Under the pieces are notes generated by a model, which was not told the origin of the DNA, made no database searches, and saw only the letters and a program-made list of their open reading frames with translations. A DNA stretch of 64,000 nucleotides from Azolla caroliniana (taxonomy: Eukaryota > Plantae > Polypodiophyta), in the NCBI GenBank assembly GCA_043228905.1, contig JBHGNT010000018.1, positions 14,446,001-14,510,000 of the forward strand, in the 5' to 3' direction. Position numbers and translations under genes: made by a program. How positions within the stretch are numbered: position 1 is the first letter of the stretch; the number at the start of each line of letters is the position of its first letter. This document shows positions 46,301-60,210 of the stretch, piece by piece.

Positions 46301-47931
46301 TCACCGAGGAGATTGAGCTGAACGTTGCCATCGACGAGACAACGTGGGTTGTCAATTCCGGAGCGTCGCTCCAACTTACCCCGGACCGGAAATGCTTCTC
46401 ATCCTACACAGCCAGTGAGCACGGCTGTGTCCGGATGGGGAATGAAGGGACATGCTGAATTATCGTCATAGGAGATGTGTTGTTGACGACATCAACCAGA
46501 TGCAAGTTGTTGCTGAAGGATGTCCGACACGTTCCGGAGGTTTGACTGAACCTGATATCAGCAGGTTGGCTAGATGATGAAGGCTACACATGTAGCATTT
46601 GGAACAGTGTCATGAAGTTTTGCAAAGGGAGCTTAATAGTGGCTTGAGCCCGGAAGGTCAACACACTGTACTTGATGAATGCCCGGATATGCCGGGGAGA
46701 AGTGAACGTAGCATCCGACACTGTCGGTGAGCTGTGGCACAAAAGACTGTGTCACATGAGTGAGAAGGGGATGAAGAGGCTTGCCGAAGACAACCTCATT
46801 CCGGTGAAGGACGTGCAACTTGAGAAGTGCACCAACTGCCTGGCCGGCAAGCAAAACCGCACCTCCTTCCGGTCAAGACCACCGATGAGACGGAATGCAA
46901 CACTGGAGCTGGTGCATACCGATGTGTGTCAAGTCGACACGAAGTCACATGCTGGATCGCAGTACTTCGTAAAGTTCATAGACGACCACAGTCGGAAGCT
47001 GTGGGTCTCACCGTTGAAGACGAAGGACCAAGTGTTATCCGTCTTCAAGGAGCTCCATACGAGAGTGGAAAGAGAAACCGGTCGGAAGCTGAAGGCGGTT
47101 CGAGCAGATAACGGAGGAGAATACCGGGGGCAGTTCAAGGAGTACTACCAGTCAAAGGGAATCTGGCTCGAGTTTACTGTGCCGAAGATGCCAGAACTAA
47201 ACGACATGGCCAAAAGGATGAACCGGACCATAATGGAGAGAGTCTGGAGCATGCTCGCACATGCCAAGTTACCCAAGACATTTTGGGCTGAGGCGCTGAC
47301 AACAGCAACCTATGTGATAAACAGATCACCCTCAATACCCTTGGACGGAGACTCACCACAGAAAGTATGGACCAGTAAGGATGTGTCTTACCAGGATCTG
47401 AAGGTGTTCGGGTGTCTCGCATACGTGCATGTGGCGAAGGACAAGAGAGCAAAGCTAGATCCAAAGTCCCGGCCATGCATATTCCTTGGATACGACGATG
47501 ATGAGTTTGGTTACCGGGTGTGGGATCTGGTCGACAGAAAGGTGTTCCGGAGTCGGGAGATAGTCTTCATGGAAGAAAGGACCATTGCTGACTGGGAGTC
47601 GGAGAAGAAGGTAACGAACTCCCGATCATCCATTGAAAACTGGCTTGAGGACAAAAGGATATACCCGGTTGAAAACCGGATGACACTCGACGAACCAGCC
47701 AGATACGTATAGGAAACTGAACCGACCGAAGAAGAAGAAGAAGAAGAAGAAGAAGAAGAAATCGGAACCAGACAAGATCCCGAATCGGATTCGGATTAAG
47801 AACACACAGAGGAACCGGTAGTCAGAAACCAAGGATGGAGATATCCTCTCCGGTGTTGGGAACAAGGTCGTCAATGTGGAAGAACAAACAACATCTATGA
47901 TGGTGAAGAACCTGCGTATGTGAATGAAACA

Positions 47932-47964
<33 letters not shown>

Positions 47965-49070
47965 TAGGCACAAAGAAACGTTATATTGCTCAATAGCAAC
48001 AGTTACAAATGACAACTAACCACCAACTAAAGGTTACAAAGTCACTTTATATAGTGACTATCCTAGGGCAACTGCCCTTTATGCTATTTACAAAAATAGC
48101 CCAACCTTGGGCTGTCCAAAGGGACAGTATGAATACGGCCATTATACACTCATATTCGACACTCCCCCGTAATGGGCGTATACATGGGTTATCTGAAATT
48201 ACAGGTATATACAACTAGGTTTATCGGACAGATCGGTTTTGTTCGAGTTGGCAAGATATGAAGACAGAAGACCGAACCGGTCGGGTTAGAAGAGCTAAAG
48301 CCGATTCTCAAAGAACCGATGTCAGTTGTCTGATACCATCCTATGCTGTGTGTCCGACTTTTTAACCAGACCGATTTTTCGTTACGCCCATCTGGTGTCA
48401 AAGGGACCGGAAGCGATCCGCCGAAAGACACTTGGTCATTCCATCTGAGACATTATCGGTTGTGGATATCTTCTCGAGACCGAGTTTCCCTGAAATGACG
48501 CAGCCCGAACAAAGTGATATCGAATGTCGATATGCTTAGAGGCATTGTGGTGAACCGGATTTTTTGACAAAGCAACAACACCCTGGTTGTCGTTGTAGAC
48601 AACTGGAGCCGAGTCGAGGTCGACTTGTTGAACGTGTGCGCCAGCCGACCAAGCCATAAAGCTTCTTTTGCCGCTGTCGTGAAGATCCGTCACTACGCGC
48701 GGATCGTGAGGTGGAACCGCCGGGGTTCTAGACCAGAAGGATTTAGAGTCGATACAAGCTTTGGCGAGAAAGTACTTAAGATAGATTGGGAAAGAGAGAA
48801 GTTGAGATTACACGATTGATTTGAAAACGAATTTCTTCCTCTTAATTTTCATAAAAAAAAACCGTCTTTTTCTCCTCCCCCTTCCCTCTTTTATAGATGC
48901 TCTCATGCATATGATGCATGTGAGGGTACAAGACATGCATAAATTGCATGTTTGCAATTTGGCGCTTAAGTATTACATGTGGTGCATGCTAACCATGTCA
49001 CTCATTTTAGCTCTCATGGATGAGAATTTACATGTAAAAGTACAATGATAGAAATATAATTTCAACTAAA

Positions 49071-49139
49071 TACCATGGCTTAATGGTAAGCCAATTGACT
49101 CCTAACTTGGAGGTGCAAGGTTCGAATTCGTACTTGCCC
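49071..49139 (+). promoter_or_regulatory. tRNA-like Pol III A/B-box module in the H LTR (second copy 55843-55911)
   Basis: TGGCTTAATGGTAAG..CTCCTAA..GTGCAAGGTTCGAAT(T/C)C; the B box is a perfect GGTTCGAATCC at 55891-55901. Confidence 0.65.
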
Positions 49140-49730
49140 TCCTTGTATATATATTTATATATTTATTTTATCTAGTCGCCGGACACCGTCGCCGAATACC
49201 GGTGCCTCGCCGGATGCCGCCGCCGGATACCGGATACCGGTGCCGCATGCTGCCGCCGGATCACCGGCTCCATCTCCGGTCCGGTTTTGGTTGGCCAAAA
49301 CTCTTTTCGAGTAGCTAGCCACCTCCACTCTTAGTTCAAGTTACCTTGAACTCTCTATGCTCCACACATAGACACAAAGATAATATCTTTTGCTCCACCT
49401 TATATATGTTGAGAGCTGTATTTGTCGTGCCTATGTGGGATATCTCACAATTTTCTCCTTTCCTTTTATAAACTTTATACCCTCATATCTTGACATTTAG
49501 TTGTCCGTTTCTCGTGTAATAAAGTGCATTCGAAACCTCCATCATTTTGTACTTAGATATTAAAAATGTTATCTTCACAATTATTGTATTACGTGATTCA
49601 TACTCGATTTCGTACGTTTTATGGGATTTTCACACTATTGCCGAAAATCTTCACGACATCCACCCCCACCAAACCGCACGTCCTCCGGTACGTGCCAAGA
49701 AGAGAAGAAGTGAGATTTCGGCTACGATGA

Positions 49731-52700
49731 TCAATTAGATTCCTCCATGTCTTCATTTTTATCCGGCCTATTATGTTCATCGTCGACGTATTCGAGGTCA
49801 GGATCCTTGTCTTGTCTTTTCTTGAAAAGCTTTACTCTTTTTCCCGCAATGGGTACGGCCAACCTTGATCCGTCTAGTTCCGCAAGGTGGTATGTGGCAT
49901 TATCGTTGGCACTTGTCACCACATACGGCCCGAACCATCTTCTTGCGAACTTCCTTGTTGTACTATGTTGATTGTCAAGGGTGCTGTCGTAAACCAAAAC
50001 CCAATCCCCTTCTTCAATCTTCTTGGGACGAAGTCGATGCGTGTTGTCGAACCGAACTTTGTTCTTTACTCGGGCTGCCTTCATCATCTTTCGCGCTTTT
50101 TCTAAATCTTCAGGTCTTCTTTCAAGTTGCCTTATCCGCGCCGCTAATAACTCTTCTCGGCTCATCTCGTTCTCCCACGGTATCGCTACCCATGAGGCGA
50201 TCGTCCTTTCGATGGGCATAATCGGCTTTTGTCCATACATAAGCTCCGTCGGCATATACCCTGTCACCGAGCTATGTGTCATTCTATCGGCCCACAAGGC
50301 ATAGGGTAATAGTCGTGGCCAATTCCCGACTCGACCGTTGCATGCCCGTACGATGGCTTTAACGATAGGTCCATGCCCTCGCTCGATCTTCCCATTTGCT
50401 TCCGGATTGTAGGCAGTCGTGAGGGAGAGCTTCACGCCTAGTCTTTCGAAGAGCTCCGTCGCTTCGTGCACGTCCAACTCCCCTCGGTCGGCCACTATCT
50501 TCCCTACACATCCATATCGGCAAACAACATCTTCAAGTAAAAATTTACAAACGGCTGAAGTCGTCTTATTTGTCAAGGCTCGTCCTTCCACTTGATTTGT
50601 CAAGTCTTCCCTTGCGAGCGCTAAGTACTTCATTTGTCCCACTCCCATTGGCATCGAGACCAGATCCACCATCCATTTGAAGTGAATGGTGAGTGGGTAT
50701 GTCGGCTTTAACTCATCACGATGACGTATATTTGAATATATTTGGCAAGTTTCACATGTGGACACGAAATGGAGTACATCTTTGTACATGCTTGGCCACC
50801 AGTACTTCTCCTTCAATTTTTCAAACGTCGCCCATGTTCCTCTATGACCTGCCCAAGCACTCTCGTGGAATTCGGTCATCAGCGTCTCTTGCTCTTCTTT
50901 CTTTACCACCACTCGACGTGGTATTCCTATCCTTCTTTTTGGATGTCGCCAAAGGAATCCTCCCTTCAAGAAGTATCGGTAAGCTTTCTTTCGGATTCGT
51001 AGGGCCTCCTCCTTTGTTAACGAAGCATCTGTCGTCAATGTTCTTAGGAATCTACCGATGAGTAACCACTCTCCTTCGTACTCGTTCTCGTTGAAGGTGT
51101 GGAGGGTTTGCGTGTCCTGGTCTTCCGCCGACAATCGAGCCATCTTGAAGAAGTCGAGGGCGACATCTTCATCTTCCGAAACCATGTTACTTTCATTTGA
51201 AAATCTTGCCCTCGACAGCATGTCAGCCATGGCGTTCTTCTTCCCTGCGATGTGACGGATCTCTGGGTTTAAAGATTTGATGTAGGCGATCCACCTTAGC
51301 ATAGCAAGATCTGGGGTCGCACATCCCGAGACCATTCCGAGAATTGGGAGACAATCTGTCTCTATTATCACTTCTGACCCGATCAGGTAATCTTTGTCCG
51401 TCTTCACTACCGACACAATACCCCAAAGTTCCCGCTTGACTTGGGCATATCTTTGTTGCCGTTCGCTGAGAACCTTTGCTCCGAACCGGACGGCATATCG
51501 CGCATTATCTTCACCTTCTTGATTGATGACCCACCCAATTCCGGTTGGGCTCGTATCTACGGTCACATAAATTGGTTTCCCTTCGGCATAGTCGGCCTTC
51601 CTTAGTGCCGGAGCTTCAAGAAGCAGTTTCTTTAATCTTCGCATCGCCTCTGTGTGCTCATCTCGCCATTCGAACTTTATTCTTTTCTTTAGTAGTCCAT
51701 ATAACGGTTCGGCGACATGAGCGTAGTGAGGAATCCATATATGATAAAACACGCACGCTCCAAGGAACCTTCGAACCTCCGTTTGGTTTTCGCATTCTTC
51801 TTTCATGTCTTGGATTGCGTTCACTTTGGATGGCGAGGGCTTCCGGCCGTATGCTCCACACAAGTGACCTACCACCAAGATCTCCGGTTGCCCGAATGCG
51901 GATTTTTCTCCCGAAAATGTCAAATTTGCATCTTCGAGCCTTTGAAGCACCTTCTTGCAATCTTTCATATGATCCGCAACGAACTTTCTACAACCTTCCT
52001 TATCTTTCGATTCATCTTTCTCCTCATCCGAACATCCTTTTATCGGAATATCATCCAATAATGGCATCGTGATGTCCGGAATGCAATCCTTCAAGACTTT
52101 ATTCATGGCATTCACCATATGAGCCACCGAGTTCGCTGCACCTTGGGGTAAGGTACACATCCGCACAAGCCCGATCGGAGTCCTCATGGTTGTAATGTCC
52201 CGACTGTCGATCACCAATTGGAATTGGTCATATCCGGAATAGAGATCGCCAATGGAGTAGATGGACCGGCCCGCAAACGCTTCGGCAAATTCGTCCACGC
52301 TCGGACCGATTCCGGCATTTCGAATTGTTACATTGTTGACGGGTTGAAGATCTTGGATGAATCGCAATGATCCATTCTTCTTTGGCACCGTGAACCACCT
52401 ATTGGAATAAGGAGCATTCGACGGTTCTAGAATTCCCATACTCACCTTCTCCTTTAAGAGCTCGATCAGCTTTGGAAGGTGTGCTCTCGGAACCGGTATC
52501 GGTTTCAAATTCTAAGGCACATGAGGCACCGTGAAGATCACCATTGGCTCTATAACCTTTGGGTCGGCGCATCCGATTTCTCGTGGGAAGAATGCGAAAG
52601 CCTTCCCATGTCTCTCAAGCATATCGCGAAACATTCGCTCCTCTTCAGGGAGAAGGAAATCCTCCTTTCCAACTCGTAGCTTCCCCTTCGTCTCTTTGGT

Positions 52701-53216
52701 GAAGTCATGACCTATCTTCTTCGGATCTCTTAAGCTTGGATCATTAGCGACTTCCTTCATCTTTTGCCAGCTATCTTCCGGTAGCGGAACCGCAACTGGC
52801 TTGATCTTCTTATCCACCGTTTTATATTTCGTGTTGATGTCAGCTTCCTTCATCGAGATGCCACGATGGTATTCATCGATGATAGCGTGCATGTTGATGG
52901 AGTTAACCGAAATCACGCATTGGTTGTGAAGATAGCTCAAGTCCACGACGTCCTCGATTTCGCCGATGGTGTCGTTAAATGAGGCTTCTTCCATAATATG
53001 AGTCACGAACTCTCCTTCTTCTATTATGTTCTCTTCTTTTAGCATCTTCTCGAATTCTTGTATCCGGCGCTTGTGCTTCTTGTCGGGTAGTACTAGTTTA
53101 CATGCGCCACTAGGTGCGACACATGTTGCTTCTCCTTGCAATCCACGCACTCTTCTTTCTTGTGGGGTCTTCTGATTGCTCGGACTATTTGTGCCCCATG
53201 CTTCAATAGTCCGCTC
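49731..53216 (-). pseudogene. pol: pol of H (RT, RNase H, integrase) with one in-frame stop near 52512
   Basis: Motifs DLYSGYDQF, LLDDI, VDTSP, AGHRG..CETCQ, MVDLV and VADRG; ORFs 52512-53150 and 49731-52508 are in frame across a TAG that corresponds to Trp in G. Confidence 0.93.
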
Positions 53217-53225
53217 TAAAAATCC
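53160..53225 (-). promoter_or_regulatory. Predicted -1 ribosomal frameshift signal of H
   Basis: G_GAT_TTT_TAG, 5-nt spacer, perfect stem CGGACTATT/AATAGTCCG, loop TGGGG complementary to downstream CCCCA; the -1 frame is open into pol. Confidence 0.78.
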
Positions 53226-55385
53226 GAGGATTCGCCTCCGAGACTATCTCGATTCCTTTCATGATTGGCTCGCACCGTTAGGAATTGGACCGATCTTTGG
53301 TTGTCAAGACTCTTTATTCGTGCGAAGGCTGCTCCATTATCGAACACTCTGGTCTCCATCCGAGATGATGTGATATAAGGTTGCCCTAGGATGACAGGAT
53401 GCGACGCCGATTCTTGTACGAAGAAGTGTTGATCCATCTCCACATCCCCGATCGTGACTTTGACATTGGGACAAGCTCCGTACAAGTCCTCCGTAGACTT
53501 TGTTGCCGCGCGAATCTTCCATCCGTGGTTTGTATTGATTGGCCATCTTCCCTTTTTGTAGAAGTCGGTGGACATGAGGTTGATCTCCGAGCCGTGGTCG
53601 ATCAAGGCTACGACGGTCTCTTTCTTCTCCCCGATCTTCACCGGCGTCTCTGTTGTCGCTCGTGCCCAATGAGGTCGAGTGTAGTGGCTGTCCACCATAT
53701 CTTCATCGATTTCGTCTCTTGCCATCGTTATGGCATTCGTTTTTGCTTTTTGCGGCTTCTCTTCTTCCTCGTCCGATTGTTGTCTCTTTCTCTTTACAAG
53801 GTCCACGATCGTGTCATGGAACTCCTTCTTCGTAATGCCAAGCAATTCCCTCAAGGACAAAGTTACGTGGCTATCAAGAACTCGTTCTTCGAGAATCTTC
53901 TTTAGGTCCGTCGTCTGCTCTATGTCCGACCTTAGCTTATAGGTAGGTATAGTCCTTGTCCTCCGAGTGGGGTCTTCGACACCAACCTTCACGGGCCGAA
54001 CCGTTTCTTCAACTCGTATGCTTGGCTCCCCTTTTCGGCTTGATTCTCGTTCCTCCGTTTGTAAAGGTCGACTCGTCTCCGTATCGTCCTTCTTTTTCGC
54101 GTTCCTTGTTTCATGTCTTTTTGATGGGCCTTGCTCTTCTATTCTCTTTCTCTTTTCTTCGACGAACACCTCGTGGTTGTCGCACATCACCTCTGCGAGT
54201 ATGGTGTTGTCGTCCACCGGATCCGACCACCCGGTTATGCTTTGCACGTTTCGGTCCGCAAGCTCTACCTCGTTCGATGTGACTTTTCCCTTCTTCTCAT
54301 ATTCGAGAACGGAAGTCCAAAACTTTGCTCCCGCTCTAGCAGCTTCAGTCTTGTCTTTCCCGACTCTTATTCCGACCGACGCAGCATAGTGCATCGCATC
54401 CACATGAGTCGCATCGGCATCCTCCATAGATTTCTTCATTCCTCCTCTTCCGAAATTCACCCGTAGGCTCTATGTATACGATATTCTGTCGAATCGCCTC
54501 TCGAAGGCTCGCACAATCCCTTCTCATGTGGTCCATACTATCGCACCACACGCATCTAAAGGGTTCTTTTCCTTTAGGGCCCCGACGATTCATGTTGGCT
54601 AGCGTGACCTTCTCGAACTTCTTCGCTAGCTCTTCGATGATGTCGTCATCAATCTTCTTTCCTTCCACGTTACTTTGTCTCAGCGGCTCAGCTACTTTCG
54701 GCGGTCTTGCTTTCTCCGTGGTACTCGGTCCCGTCAAGTCGGTGTCATCAACCCATTGGCGACGCTTGTCGAGCCTATTGCATGCCCGCTTCACCGCGAT
54801 CCAGTCCGCTACGAGCCCATTTGCTTGGGTATCACCTTCGAGAAGAGTCCCCAACTCCCGTCTATCCTTTATGTCCACGGCCTTCAAGAAGTACAAAGTC
54901 TTGTCCTCTTCAAGCAACACTTGGTCCGTATTGGGGAGACGACTAAACATCTGGTCGAATTCGTCGTACACCCTCGAGACGCTCATCTTCTTATTCTTCT
55001 TCTCTATCCACTTCATCAGGGCATGTCGAGTCATCCTCGTTGAGTCTTCAGTCACGAACTCCGCTAGTATCGTTTTCTCGAACTCGAACCATGTTGTCTT
55101 TCCTTCTTGAAGCTCGATGACGCGTCTTTGGATGTTGTTGGCGACAACTCTCTTGAAGCTTGCGATTTGACGTGCCTTGGACACGTCCCTTTGATTCATC
55201 TCCCTCTTATATGCATCAAGGAACTTCGTAACGTTCCTTCCATCGAATTGGCCCTCGAGCTCTACGACACGATCGACAGCCTTCTCCACGCTCGTGTCGT
55301 TGTCCCGAGATCTCATCATTTGCTCGACGATTAGCATCATCCTTTCGAGCTCTCCTGCTTGGTTGCTTAAGGACGCCATCTCCAA
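53216..55385 (-). pseudogene. gag: gag-protease of H, with a small frameshifting deletion near 54465
   Basis: CVWCDSMDHMRRDC knuckle; ALIDHGSEIN protease motif; ends in SDF*. Confidence 0.9.
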
Positions 55386-58300
55386 GTATTAATCTCGACT
55401 TGATCCTTCCTACCGCCTCTTTCACGTCGGGTTCACCACTTAATTATGTCGTGAAGATCTGTCACTACGCGCGGATCGTGAGGCGGAACCGCCGGGGTTC
55501 TGGACCAGAAGGATTTAGAGTCGATACAAGCTTTGGCGAGAAAGTACTTAAGATAGATTGGGAAAGAGAGAAGTTGAGATTACACGATTGATTTGAAAAC
55601 GAATTTCTTCCTCTTAATTTTCATAAAAAAAAACCGTCTTTTTCTCCTCCCCCTTCCCTCTTTTATAGATGCTCTCATGCATATGATGCATGTGAGGGTA
55701 CAAGACATGCATAAATTGCATGTTTGCAATTTGGCGCTTAAGTATTACATGTGGTGCATGCTAACAATGTCACTCATTTTAGCTCTCATGGATGAGAATT
55801 TACATGTAAAAGTACAATGATAGAAATATAATTTCAACTAAATACCATGGCTTAATGGTAAGCCAATTGACTCCTAACTTGGAGGTGCAAGGTTCGAATC
55901 CATACTTGCCCTCCTTGTATATGTAAATATGTATATATATTTATATATTTATTTTATCTAGTCGTCGGACGCCGGTTCGCCGGATGCCGACGCCGGATAC
56001 TGGTGCCGCCGCCGGATACCGATGCCGGATACCGGATACCGGTGCTGCATGCCGCCGGATCACCGGCTCCATTGTCGGTCTGGTTTTGGTTGGCCAAAAC
56101 CCTTTTCGAGTAGCTAGCCACCTCCACTCTTAGTTCAAGTTACCTTGAACTCTCTATGCTCCACACATAGACACAAAGATAATATCTTTTGCTCCACCTT
56201 ATATATGTTGAGAGCTGTATTTGTCGTGCCTATGTGGGATATCTCACAATTTTCTCCTTTCCTTTTATAAACTTTATACCCTCATATCTTGACATTTAGT
56301 TGTCCGTTTCTCGTGTAATAAAGTGCATTCGAAACCTCCATCATTTTGCATTTAGATATTAAAAATGTTATCTTCACAATTATTGTATTACGTGATTCAT
56401 ACTCGATTTCGTACGTTTTATGGGATTTTCACACTATTGCCGAAAATCTTCACGACACCGCGTCGGACGCAGCTACATATTCCGCATCGGTCGTTGAGGT
56501 GGTTGTGCACTCCTGAAGTTTCGACTTCCACGAGATTGCTCCATTGCCGAATTTGAAACAATATCCGGTTGTTGATTTCCGTCTGTCCACGCAGCCGACG
56601 AAGTCCGAGTCGGTGTAATCGACTACGCCTGAGGTTGAGTTCGGGCCAAAAAGAATGTCGTGGTCTTTTGTGCTAGCTAGATATCTGAACACATGCTTGA
56701 TTGTGTTCCAATGTGATCGGCCTGGGTTGTGCATGAATCTGCTGACGACTCCTACGGCGTGAGCAATATTATGTCATGTCGCGACCATCGCGTACATAAG
56801 GGAGCCGACTGCCGGTGCATACAGTACCGACTTCATATCTTCCCCCTCCGGACCGGATGTCAGGTAGTCTCGTTGAGACAGTCGAAGGTTAATGGGGAGC
56901 GGGGTCGAAGCAGACTTGGCTGAGTGCATGTTGAAGCGTTCCAAGACACGTCCAATGTAGTCAGTTTGAGAGAAGAAGATTTGTTGTTTATCACGATGCC
57001 GACTAATCTTCATACCAAGTATGTGTCTTGCCGGACCGAGGTCCTTCATGGCAAACTTCAACCGCAGTTTCCGAACAAGTTCGGTGAGCTCTCCGGCATG
57101 TCGGCCGGAGAGTAGCATGTCGTCCACGTAAATGATGAGGAAGACGGGAGACCCATCTTGAGCTATTTTGGTGAAGAGACAGTGGTCCTCATTGCTCTTG
57201 GAGAAGCCGACCGACTGGATGAAGTCGTCGAACTTCTTGTACCACTGTCGGGGTGCCTATTTTAGGCCATATAAACTCTTCCTGAATTGGCAGACTAGAT
57301 GTTCCTAGCCAGATGCCACAAAGCCTTTCGGCTGCTCCATATAGATTTCCTCCTGTAGGTCACTATGGATGAATGTCGTTTTTACATCTAGCTAAATCAA
57401 CTCCAAGTTTTCGGTGGCCACAACGCCCAGTATGAAATGAAGGGTTGTCATTTTCACCACTGGTGAAAAGATTTCGTTGAAGTCAATGCCATATTCTTGT
57501 CGAAATGCCTTCGCAACTAATCTAGCCTTGTACTTTGGGTTGGTCGAGTCGAACGTCTCTCTTAGTCGATAGACCCACTTACACGGAAGAGCATGTCGAT
57601 TCTTCAGTAATTCGACCAAGTCCCAAGTCTTGTTTGCGTGAATTGACTGCATTTCAGACTCCATCGCCAGATGCCAGGTGGTTGAGTCGGCAAATGTCGA
57701 TGCTTCTTCGTAAGACATCAGTTCGCCGGCATCGGTAAAGAAAATTCCGAGAGAGTACCTTTCCGGAGGTTGCGACAATCTCTCGGATCTTCGAGGTATG
57801 ACTGGACTGGTTGCATTGGGTATATGTGTCGGATGGTCGGAAGCCGAGCCACTTGGCTGTGCTGAATCGGTTGATTCAGTGCGGGAGGTGTCGGTTACCC
57901 ATGAAACCAATCTCGTGTTGTGGGTTGGGCCTTCATGAAGGGTTGGCACTTCGGAGAATATTATGCTTCGGACTTCAATAGGCCTTTCGGTTGTTTTATG
58001 CATAGCCGACTCGTTGAACACGACATCCGAACTTCAGACGATTTGTATGTGCTCAGGGTCCCAGAGTCGATATCCGATCTCGCCGTCGGGTCCATATCCA
58101 AGGAAAATGCATTTCCTTGATCTTGGTTCGAATTTCCGGCGGTAGTCTTTCGGTATGAGAGCATACGCCTTGCAGCCGAAGATCCTCAGCTTGTCATAAT
58201 TCGGCTTACTGTCGGTCCATGTTTCCTGAGGTATTTTAAGTCCTAGAGGTCTACTTGGCAACATATTGATTATGTGTACTGTCGTAAGTAGAGCCTCAGC

Positions 58301-60178
58301 CCAGAAGCCATCCGACAGTCCGGAGAGTTGGAGCATGGATACTGTGCGTTTTTTAATCGCTTGATTCATGCGTTCAGCAATTCCGTTCTGCTCCGGACTA
58401 TAGGGTGCCGTATATTCACGTCGAATGCCATGTTCCTGGCAAAATTTGACGAATTCTTCAGACTTGAATTCTCCTCCGTTGTTGGTTCGGAGACATTTCA
58501 GTTTCCGACCGGTCTGATTTTCGACCATTGCAAGCCATTCGGAGAAGATCGAGAACACCCGATCTTTGGTTCTGATGGGGTAAGCCCACACCTTCTGAGT
58601 CGAGTCGTCAATCAAACTGATGAAGTAAGAAGCACCGCCAAGAGACTGATGTGGCATCGGGCCATAGACAGTCGGCTTTGATGTGTCCTGGTTTCTTGCA
58701 GTAGTTGCAGATTCGGTTGTCCTGGGACTTGCTCCGGCTTCGCTGATTGTTCGGCAATCGGGAAGAACTTCTTCCCCGGTTGTTCGATCGGTCGCTCGAA
58801 CCTTGTACTATGTAAGCTTCATCTTCCGAGTCTTTGGCGAAAGATTTTCTCCAAGCTGCTTCAATCAGGATTGCGCTCATGACTTCGGAGTATTTAACGG
58901 CAGCGGTTGAAGCATTGCACACGGTTGTAATGAAAGTTTCCCATGAAGAGGGGAGACTACTCATGAGTATCATTGCTCTGAGTTCATCCTTGATTGCCGT
59001 CCCCTGAGACGAGATTTGGGAGTTTATGCTTTCGTACTCATTGAGGTGTGCATGAACCAAATCAGATTCTTTCATCCACAAGTTGTCGAGGCACCGGATC
59101 AGATACATCTTCGTTGCGGCGACCTTCTTTTCATAAGTTTCCAACAGTGTTTTCCAAAGTTCAAAAGTTGTTGTGCATGATTGCACTGTGAAGTACACTG
59201 ACTCCGACAAGTGCATCCGAATCGTGGCACGGACAATTCTGTCTAGCTTTAGCCACTTGTTTTCCTTGTATGCTTCTGGAGGATTTTCATTCTCAATCAG
59301 GTCTATCTGACCCTTGACTATGATATAGTCCTGCATTTGTTCCTTCTAGAAGTTGAAGTTCGAACCGTCGAACCTCCTTAGACTCATCTCCGATGAGCCG
59401 GATGTTGATGCCATCTAATTCGGTTTCGGTTGGTAAGTCTCTATTCGGAGTTGACTAGGAACCTTAGTGGGGTGCAGTTGGTTGGCTCACCTGATATCAT
59501 TCTAGTCGGTTTTGAACCTGAGTCGGTTTGGTTTCGGATACTTGTTGCTGAACTTGCTTGGAGTGACTCCGATAACTTAAGGGACAGAACCGGCTGGTCT
59601 TCCCGAATGTTGCCGAGTCGGAGTGAGCCCGGTTAGCTTCCGGTTGTATGCCGAATATCGATTACAAGAAACCGATTGTTTGGGTTGATTCTACTTCGGA
59701 TGACTGCAACAATGGGAGGGACGGATCCAACTGATCCTCCCGAATGTTGATCAGCCGAATGAAGCACGAATTCGGTTGTTGCCAGGAGACCAATCTGCAG
59801 CGGGTGGTTACAACAAGCGGGTGAATAGCGTCTGATGACCTATTCGGATGTTGTTTAACCAAATGAAGCACGATTGGGTCGGGTGTTGCACAAGGAGCTC
59901 ACCTCAAGTGGTTACAATCATAGGAACAGAGTACAGCCTACTGGCTTACTCCAATTAGTGATTTAACACAGTGAGATGCAAACTTCTTGTTTGTCTTCTC
60001 TCTTCTCTGTTCTTCAAGAAGTTACAGAAAAGAGAAAGTTGTTGTGTACGATGATGGCCGACAGCGGGTTGAAGAACCTCCAACGCTCTGATACCAAATG
60101 TTGGGAACAAGGTTGTCAGTGCGGAAGAACAAACAACATCTATGATGGTGAAGAGCCCGCGTATGCGAATGAAACAAT

Positions 60179-60210
<32 letters not shown>

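Larger units (their letters stand above)
48675..56457 (-). mobile_element. Element H: near-complete tRNA-Trp-primed Ty3/Gypsy
   Basis: LTRs 48675-49658 and 55447-56457; PBS 55421-55438; perfect 4-bp TSD CCGC; gag-PR followed by RT-RH-INT. Confidence 0.96.

Noticed and set aside
49071-49139. Functional tRNA-Arg(CCT) gene
   Set aside because: The acceptor and anticodon stems do not pair and the motif sits inside LTRs; kept only as a tRNA-like module.
49731-49900. Chromodomain at the end of the H integrase
   Set aside because: The sequence after the GPY motif is a short acidic tail with no chromodomain pattern.
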